64,000 nucleotides of DNA. Source: an uncultured delta proteobacterium (GTDB taxonomy: Bacteria; Desulfobacterota; Binatia; UBA9968). Below are positions 57,659 through 64,000 of the stretch, piece after piece (within the stretch, counting starts at the first letter, position 1; every line of letters begins with the position of its first letter). The position numbers were made by a program, and so were the translations under genes. The notes beneath the pieces are model-generated. The model worked only from the letters and a program-made list of their open reading frames with translations. It was not told where the DNA came from and made no database searches. Location of the stretch: positions 32,001 through 96,000 of the forward strand of contig CAVYTU010000015.1 in assembly GCA_963771465.1 (NCBI GenBank). The letters are read 5' to 3'.

Positions 57659-58996
57659 CTATAGCCTTATCAAGTCCGTCAAGGCATTCACATCGGCAAC
57701 ATCTTCGAGTTTGTCCACAGTGGCGATGATCTTTTCAATATTCGGTTCCTTCAGCACACGCGCCGCGTTGTCGCGGAATTTCCCGACCCACTCTTCGCGC
57801 GGCAAAGGGTAGCGCCAGTGGCTGCGCGGCAGCGGCTCCGATGCGTTCACTTCCCTGCCGTCGTTGAGTTTGATCACGACCGTTTCGTAGACCAGATCGG
57901 AGTTGATCGGGATTGCCGCGTCGACCCGCAGACTCATTTTTTTCAGGAGCTGCTGTACGTCATCGGCCAGTGCACGTGAATCGTGAAAGCTCTCGATGGT
58001 CAATTTTTGATCCAAGATCGCCATGGCGACGTGATATTGGTAAGAAAATTTTCCTTCCAACCCGGTGTGCACGGTGGGTCGATTGAAATGACCGCGACGC
58101 GGCACAATAAGTTCGATGGCGTTGATCTGTTCAGGCCGAATGCTGTGCTGCTTGACCAGCTTCAACGCTGCTTCAAAAGGGTGATGCAGATGATAGCCGC
58201 TCGGGTACATTTTGACGCCGATGCCCGGCGTCGCCAGGTGAAAAGGTTTGCCCAGCGTAGCGGTCAACTGCCAATTTTCATTTGACCCGGTGCCATAGAA
58301 GGCCTCAAAAAACGCGCCGTCGAGCACGTTTGGATTCGCGGTAAAGCCGTCGGCGGCGAGCATTGCAGCGACCACACCATTGCGCGCGCCATGACCGGAA
58401 TGAAACGGCTTGGTCATCGTGCCGCTGTGCGAACCGATACCGCTTGCTTCGGACGAAGCAATGCCAAAAGCAAGCTGCACACGGCGCGCGTCTAGGTTTA
58501 AAAGTTTTGCGACCGCAGCGGCGGCGCCAAAAGTGCCGAACACCGGCGTCGGATGCCAGCCCGCGCGCTTATCGGCGCAGACATGAAGCTTGCCGGTGAT
58601 CTCATAGGCCGCCACCTGCGCGGCCAACAGCTGCCGTCCCGATGCGCGGGTCGATTCCGCAACGGCGAGCGTCGCTGGAAATGTCACGCCGGTGGGATGC
58701 GCACCCGGCAGCCACATGTCATCGTAATCGGTGGCGTGACAGAAGATACCGTTGGCAAACGCCGCCTGCGGCGCCGAAGTGCGCAGCTTCGTGCCCCACA
58801 CCGTGCAGTCGGGCGTACCGCCCGTGCGCTCGACGAACTTGAGCGCGATCTTGCCGACCTCCTGCGTACTGCCCGCAAGGGCGACGCCGATGACGTCGAG
58901 AATCTGCCGTTTAGCGCGCTCGATCACCTCGCGCGGAATATCTTCGAACTTGAGCTCACTGACAAAGCGAGCGACATACTCGGTCGTGCGTTCCAT
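57659..58996 (-). CDS. MmgE/PrpD family protein
   Basis: ILD..G, AFANG..H..DYDD, HP, GWH, TMTKP.H.G, K.YP. Confidence 0.92.
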   Translation of the reverse strand: MERTTEYVARFVSELKFEDIPREVIERAKRQILDVIGVALAGSTQEVGKIALKFVERTGGTPDCTVWGTKLRTSAPQAAFANGIFCHATDYDDMWLPGAHPTGVTFPATLAVAESTRASGRQLLAAQVAAYEITGKLHVCADKRAGWHPTPVFGTFGAAAAVAKLLNLDARRVQLAFGIASSEASGIGSHSGTMTKPFHSGHGARNGVVAAMLAADGFTANPNVLDGAFFEAFYGTGSNENWQLTATLGKPFHLATPGIGVKMYPSGYHLHHPFEAALKLVKQHSIRPEQINAIELIVPRRGHFNRPTVHTGLEGKFSYQYHVAMAILDQKLTIESFHDSRALADDVQQLLKKMSLRVDAAIPINSDLVYETVVIKLNDGREVNASEPLPRSHWRYPLPREEWVGKFRDNAARVLKEPNIEKIIATVDKLEDVADVNALTDLIRL

Positions 58997-59089
58997 TGGA
59001 GACTCCCTTTTGATGACGAAAAAATTTTTATCCTTATCATCAGCCGACTATCACAAAGAAGGTAACTAATGCCAGCGGCGAAAACACCA

Positions 59090-60823
59090 TCACCCGCCCA
59101 TTCCGGGCAGTTGCGTACGCGCGAGCACTCTGCGGGCGACGAGACCGATGATCGCGGTCAAGATGATCAGCACCACACCGATCGCCGAAGCTTGCGGAAT
59201 AAAGCCGTCTTGCCAGTGGATCCACAACCAGACCGACAAAAGCTCATTATTTTTTCCCGCCAACACTAGCGGGGTGCCGAACGCTCTCGACGCATGGGCG
59301 ACGACCCAGACCCAGCCGGCAACTAAAGACGCGACCATCAGCCGCGCGGTGATCATCCACATGGTGCGCAGCCGGCTCGCACCCGAAACCAAAGCAGCTT
59401 CTTCCATCTCTTTGTGAATTTGTAGCAAGCCGGCGTTGGTTGTGCGCGTGGCGAAGGCCAAGTACTGCGTCATTAAACCGATGACGATGATCCAAACCGA
59501 TCCGTAAATCCCCAGGAAGCGAAAGGGTGGCTGAAGATAGACAAAAACCATGGCAAGTGCGACCACGACGCCGGGAATCGCGTAGGAGACAAAGGTGATG
59601 CCGTCGAGCAGAAAGCGCGCGCGGAACCGGGTGCGTACCGAGATCCAGGAAATCAGAAAGGCGACCACCATCGTCGCGCAACCAGCGGCCAGCGCGACGA
59701 CCAACGTATTGGTCAAATCTCGGAGAAAGCGCGGATTAGCCAGCAGCGTAAAATAGTTTTGCAGCGATATCGTTCTTACCGCTTCGAGGGAAGGCACGAC
59801 GTAGAATGGCAGAAGCGAAGCCCACACAAGAATTAACAGGGGCGCCAGAATCGTGAAAAAAAAGTACAGCGCAAACAGTCCTAGCGCGGCAAAGCGCCAG
59901 CGGCCGAGTCGGTAGCGAATGGGTTGGAAGCCCTTGCCGGTGATGACCGCAAAGCGCTCGCTCCGGCTGATCGTGCGGACATAGAACGCCGCCAACACCG
60001 CCATGATCGACATAAAAAAAACCGAATAAGCCGCGCTTAAGCCGTAATCGAAAGGCGCGTTATATCTCGAGGTAAAGTAGATCAGCGTGCTTAGCACGAA
60101 GATGCGCGCGGCCAGGCCGAGCACCAGCGGCCCTTCGAAAGAATCGAGGTGATCGACAAAGGAATAGATCCCCGCGGCGAACAGCGCCGGGCCCGCAAGC
60201 GGCAAAGTGACGCGGCGAAAAACCGTCCAAGGGCTGGCGCCGGACAGACGCCCGGCCTCTTCCAGTCGTGGGTCCATCATGCGGAAGCCACCGACGATCA
60301 TCAAGAAAATCGTGCTAATGCCGCGCAACCAGCCGAGAAAGATGATGCCCCACAACGACTGAATGTCGAATGGCCCACGTTCCAGCGTGTAACCAAAAAC
60401 ACCTAAGAGCCAACGTATCGCGATGTTGACCAGCCCAACTTCCGGCATCAACAACAACATCCAAGTTAGCGCGAAGATCACGCCGGGCATGGCGATCGGC
60501 AGCAGCATGACCACCCAGGCGGCGCCGCGAAACGGCATATCGCTGCGCTCGATGAGCCAGGCAAACAGCACCGCGGTGGCAAGGCCACCCGCCGTGGCGA
60601 TTACCGAGAACAGCGCGGTGTTGAAAAACGCGCCTAAGAAAAACGGATTATTGAATGCCGCGACATAATTTCTCAGCGTCCAGGTGCCGCCGAAAAACGA
60701 CGGCGGACCAATGCGAAAGCTGTTCAAGACCAACAGCGTCATTGGCAGCACCACCAGCCACAACACAAAGACCAAGGCGAGGACTAGGACCACGGTGGCG
60801 GGATTTAATTTTAGCTGTCGCAC
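59090..60823 (-). CDS. FbpB-like iron(III)-type ABC transporter permease (two fused TM domains)
   Basis: AWL.ER.D.P, LEEAGR.SGA...VFRRVT.PL, TGKG, MEEAA.VSGA. Confidence 0.9.
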   Translation of the reverse strand: MRQLKLNPATVVLVLALVFVLWLVVLPMTLLVLNSFRIGPPSFFGGTWTLRNYVAAFNNPFFLGAFFNTALFSVIATAGGLATAVLFAWLIERSDMPFRGAAWVVMLLPIAMPGVIFALTWMLLLMPEVGLVNIAIRWLLGVFGYTLERGPFDIQSLWGIIFLGWLRGISTIFLMIVGGFRMMDPRLEEAGRLSGASPWTVFRRVTLPLAGPALFAAGIYSFVDHLDSFEGPLVLGLAARIFVLSTLIYFTSRYNAPFDYGLSAAYSVFFMSIMAVLAAFYVRTISRSERFAVITGKGFQPIRYRLGRWRFAALGLFALYFFFTILAPLLILVWASLLPFYVVPSLEAVRTISLQNYFTLLANPRFLRDLTNTLVVALAAGCATMVVAFLISWISVRTRFRARFLLDGITFVSYAIPGVVVALAMVFVYLQPPFRFLGIYGSVWIIVIGLMTQYLAFATRTTNAGLLQIHKEMEEAALVSGASRLRTMWMITARLMVASLVAGWVWVVAHASRAFGTPLVLAGKNNELLSVWLWIHWQDGFIPQASAIGVVLIILTAIIGLVARRVLARTQLPGMGG

Positions 60824-60981
60824 GTTTGTGGTCTGAGAATGCTCGCCGCTTATGCTTTTATCTGGCGCAACGCTTATCCCGAGTCACGCGAATTCAAATT
60901 CGAGCTTGGTTTCAGCACACACCGAGTCCAGATTTATCGCGAGTGATCCGGACTCGGCGCTAGCGCAGAGACTGGAGAGCT

Positions 60982-62040
60982 TTACTTTTCCGCTCTCGGA
61001 AAGCCCCATATTTCGACGATCCGTTTCGACACTCTTTCAGCCTGCGCTACGACGTCCCAGTCCGCGACTTTGATCGTGCGTCCTTTGACTTGCTTGGCCA
61101 ATTTGGTCTCGGGGTGAAAGACACTTTCACGCCCTGTGTCGAGGATCGGCAGTCCTTTGCTCGCGACCCAACCGACAAATAGTATCGCCGCATTGGCATT
61201 GGCTGCGCCTTTGACCGGGCTCAGAAGCAGACTCTGATCGCCCAAGATCGGTCCTTCCGGGAACACCCAGCCGACTGGGAAATTAGGATTGCGGCTCGCC
61301 TGCCGATACCAGGTGCCGTAACTGGTGGGACAGAGCAAGAGTATTTCGCCGGCGACCATCAGAGTCAGAGCGGCAGTGCCGCTACTCATCCATTTTGGTT
61401 TGTTAGCGGCAATTTTTTTGGCATAATCGACCGCCCATTCTTCTCCCTGAGCAGCCGCCAGTTCAGTAAATTGCTGGGGCCGCACTTCGGTTGCCATTTT
61501 CCCTCGGAAAAATGGATTGGTGCAATCGTCCCAAGTCTTCGGGATGTTCTCTTTGGGGACCTTATTTTTGTTGTACATGATCCCGCCGAGTGTGTTCGCC
61601 ACCGCTACGCCGAAGCGGCGCGGATGAATCATGCGCGGATCGATCTTAAACAGTCCGTTCCAATCGATCGGGTCAACCAAGAAACCCAAGCTCTGGAACC
61701 GTGGGATCAAGTCTGCGCCGACATGGACCATGTCATGGGTATAAATCCCGGCTTGCATCTCCGATAGCAGCCGTTCATTTTCTTCCGGACCGCGCATGCG
61801 CGCGTACTCGACGCTCTTGATGAACGGGTACTCTTTCTGAAAGGCCTTGTTGAGCGCGACCACTTCTTCGTCCACCAAATTGGACGCCCAGGAAATTTTG
61901 CCTTCTCGCTTGGCGCCCTGGAGAATCGAGTCCATCGTCAGCTTCGCTTGCGCCGCGTTGACGACCGCCGCCCAATAGCCAGGTATCGGCGCAACGACAA
62001 CACTGAAAATTAGCGCCATCGCAAACAGTTTCTTCGCCAT
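60982..62040 (-). CDS. ABC substrate-binding protein, paralogue of 55034-56164
   Basis: Signal peptide; A.REG, F.KEYPF, YNK..VP....PKTWDD, WGFP.A; ATG 62040 after AGGAGG. Confidence 0.85.
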   Translation of the reverse strand: MAKKLFAMALIFSVVVAPIPGYWAAVVNAAQAKLTMDSILQGAKREGKISWASNLVDEEVVALNKAFQKEYPFIKSVEYARMRGPEENERLLSEMQAGIYTHDMVHVGADLIPRFQSLGFLVDPIDWNGLFKIDPRMIHPRRFGVAVANTLGGIMYNKNKVPKENIPKTWDDCTNPFFRGKMATEVRPQQFTELAAAQGEEWAVDYAKKIAANKPKWMSSGTAALTLMVAGEILLLCPTSYGTWYRQASRNPNFPVGWVFPEGPILGDQSLLLSPVKGAANANAAILFVGWVASKGLPILDTGRESVFHPETKLAKQVKGRTIKVADWDVVAQAERVSKRIVEIWGFPRAEK

Positions 62041-62252
62041 AAACACCTCCTTAGCCCCTGTCCTTAAGTTTCTTTCCCCTCGGCACCCGCCACGCTGGGA
62101 CTGAAGGGACAACTTTAAGATAAATCTCAACGCCGATCCCCGCACCTTACTGCGGGGCATTTAAATTTTTGAGTTTAGTATCGGAACCGATTATGCCTGC
62201 AAACGCGCAAATTACGCCAAGCACGAGATAATTGGAAGACATTAATTATCCC

Positions 62253-63248
62253 TCATTTAATGACTTTATTCGCCCGCGCCAACACCTCGGGTGGAATCGT
62301 TAGGCCGATTTGCTTGGCCGCCTTGAGATTGATGATGAACTCAAACTTCATCGGCTGCTCCACCGGCAGATCGGCTGTTTTGGTGCCTTTGAGAATCCTG
62401 TCGACAAAATATGCCGCACGGCGGTACTGATCAGGAAAGTCGATCCCGTAGCTCATCAACCCGCCGTCATCGACAAACTCTCGCGACTCGTAGATTGTCG
62501 GCAGCCGGTGCTTAGCTGCCAACTCGACGATCCGTTTTCCCGCTGCTAAAAAGTTGGGACCGCCAATCGGTATAACGCATCTACCCGCTTTCGCCTTGCC
62601 GTCTCAAAGGCATTCTCCAGACCTTTCGGGTCGCGTTTAGCCTCGATGTACGTGAGTTTCACTCTGAGCGCTTGAGCCGCAGGTTCGATCTCTTTGATCT
62701 GCCGCTTCATTCCCACGACTGGAACCGTCCCCTCGAGAAGAATACCCACCAGCGTGAGCTTCGGGACTGCATCTTTGATTACTTCCAACCTCTTGGTGTT
62801 TAGTTCAGGGGACAGGGTAACTGATCCCGGTGATATTGCCGCCCGGGCTGAGCCAGGCTATTAACGATTCCCGCGCCCACGGGATCGCCACCGCTCGTCA
62901 TGACAATCGGGATCGTCGATGTCGCTTGCTTTGCCGCCAGGGCGCCGGTGGTGCCGCGCGGCACGATGACATCGACCTTGAGTTGAACCAACTCTGCTGC
63001 GAGCTCTTTGAACCGTTCACCACCTTTTCCTTCGCCAAAGCGGTACTCGAAAGCAGATCTGTTTTCCTTCGACCCAGCCAAGTTCACGCAGTCGCTGCCG
63101 AAACGCCTCCAAGCGTGGCGCGGCAGCTGAAAAAGAACCGCCGTCAAGGAAGCCGATTCGGTAAATCTTTGCTGGTTGAGCTTCCAGCTCGATGAACAAA
63201 CCCAAGCACCGCTACAGCGACCACAACGGCAACGATTTTTCTATCCAC
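62253..63248 (-). pseudogene. PF04392-type ABC substrate-binding protein split by at least 4 frameshifts
   Basis: Fragments in different frames read in order: RIGFL, LAAELV.LKVDVI, TIPIV...GDPV..G, SYG, DLPVEQP.KFE..INLK.AK.IGLTIP. Confidence 0.75.
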
Positions 63249-63292
63249 GTGTCCGGCTCCGTTCATTTTGCCTTTTACATTTTGACTTTGCC

Positions 63293-64000
63293 TTAGCGAA
63301 TTACCCTATCCGCTCGCACCAAAACGTTCGGCGGGATCGTGAGGCCGCTCTGTTTGGCGGCTTTCAAGTTGATGATGAATTCGAATTTTATCGGCTGCTC
63401 GACGGGTAAGTCGGCAGGCTTGGTGCCTTTCAAAACCTTGTCCACGTAGACAGCGGCGCGCCGATGCAGGTCCAATGTGTTCGCCGCGTATGACATCAGT
63501 CCACCGTCATCGACATATTCCTGATTTGAGTACATCGCCGGCAGCCGGTGCTTTGCCGCAAACTCGACAATCCGTTTTCGGTTAGCGCTCATGAACGCGG
63601 AGGTAACCGGGAAGTAGCCGTCGGGCCGCTCCTTGGTTACCAACGTAAACGCGCCGTCGAAATCCTCCGGAGCTCGGATCTCATGCGATTGAATACTGAA
63701 TCCTAAAGCTTGTGCCGCTGCCTGCGTTTCTCTGAAAGCCGAGTCACTCGCGCTGTACCAGAGGACCGCGACGCGGCGAACTTTGGGGAAAGTTTCTTTG
63801 AACAGCTCTAGCCGTTTGCCGCTTAGTTCCTGTGAGATACTGGACAAACCTGTGACGTTGCCGCCAGGCCTCGCAAGGCTATCCACCAGTCCGCTTCCCA
63901 ATGGATCGTCGCTGTTCAACATTACGATAGGAATCGTGCTCGTGGCCTTTTTCGCCACCAAGTTCACCTGCGTACCGCCGGCAACGATGACGTCTACCTT
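63293..64000 (-). CDS. PF04392-type ABC substrate-binding protein (5' part beyond window)
   Basis: TIPIV, SLARPGGNVTG, GKRLELF, KP.DLPVEQP..FE..INLK. Confidence 0.88.
   Translation of the reverse strand, partial: KVDVIVAGGTQVNLVAKKATSTIPIVMLNSDDPLGSGLVDSLARPGGNVTGLSSISQELSGKRLELFKETFPKVRRVAVLWYSASDSAFRETQAAAQALGFSIQSHEIRAPEDFDGAFTLVTKERPDGYFPVTSAFMSANRKRIVEFAAKHRLPAMYSNQEYVDDGGLMSYAANTLDLHRRAAVYVDKVLKGTKPADLPVEQPIKFEFIINLKAAKQSGLTIPPNVLVRADRVIR

Noticed and set aside
62041-62250. Possible riboswitch leader upstream of the ABC SBP operon
   Set aside because: Only a REP-like hairpin is visible; I could not recognise TPP, cobalamin, SAM or FMN conserved motifs

Overview
GC-rich bacterial chromosomal window with about 60 CDS. 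I found no rRNA, tRNA, CRISPR array, transposase, integrase or phage genes. The content is dominated by paralogous solute-binding proteins (TctC/Bug, NMT1/THI5-like, TAXI, Fe3+/polyamine-type, PF04392-type), Amidohydro_2 enzymes, MmgE/PrpD proteins and MFS transporters. This content and the intergenic repeat style resemble Candidatus Binatia (Deltaproteobacteria-like) genomes, but that placement is an inference. Recognisable housekeeping genes are ettA, pssA and a Tim44-domain gene. Highlights: (1) a complete co-oriented 7-gene membrane-protein/DUF4129/DUF4350/MoxR/DUF58/RDD/SpoIIM locus of unknown function; (2) a 174-bp element with long terminal inverted repeats present twice, about 80% identical with no gaps; (3) a signal-peptide-bearing small protein with an Hfq/Sm-like pattern; (4) a ~9-TM protein with a TIR/nucleoside-deoxyribosyltransferase-like C-terminal domain; (5) a coupled membrane protein plus secreted tandem-HhH protein; (6) an active/pseudo-enzyme M24 pair next to an orphan hydantoinase B; (7) signal-less SBP-fold proteins; (8) a deletion-born chimeric ORF and several frameshifted genes that could be pseudogenes or long-read indel errors. 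All family calls come from motifs read by eye; no database search was run.
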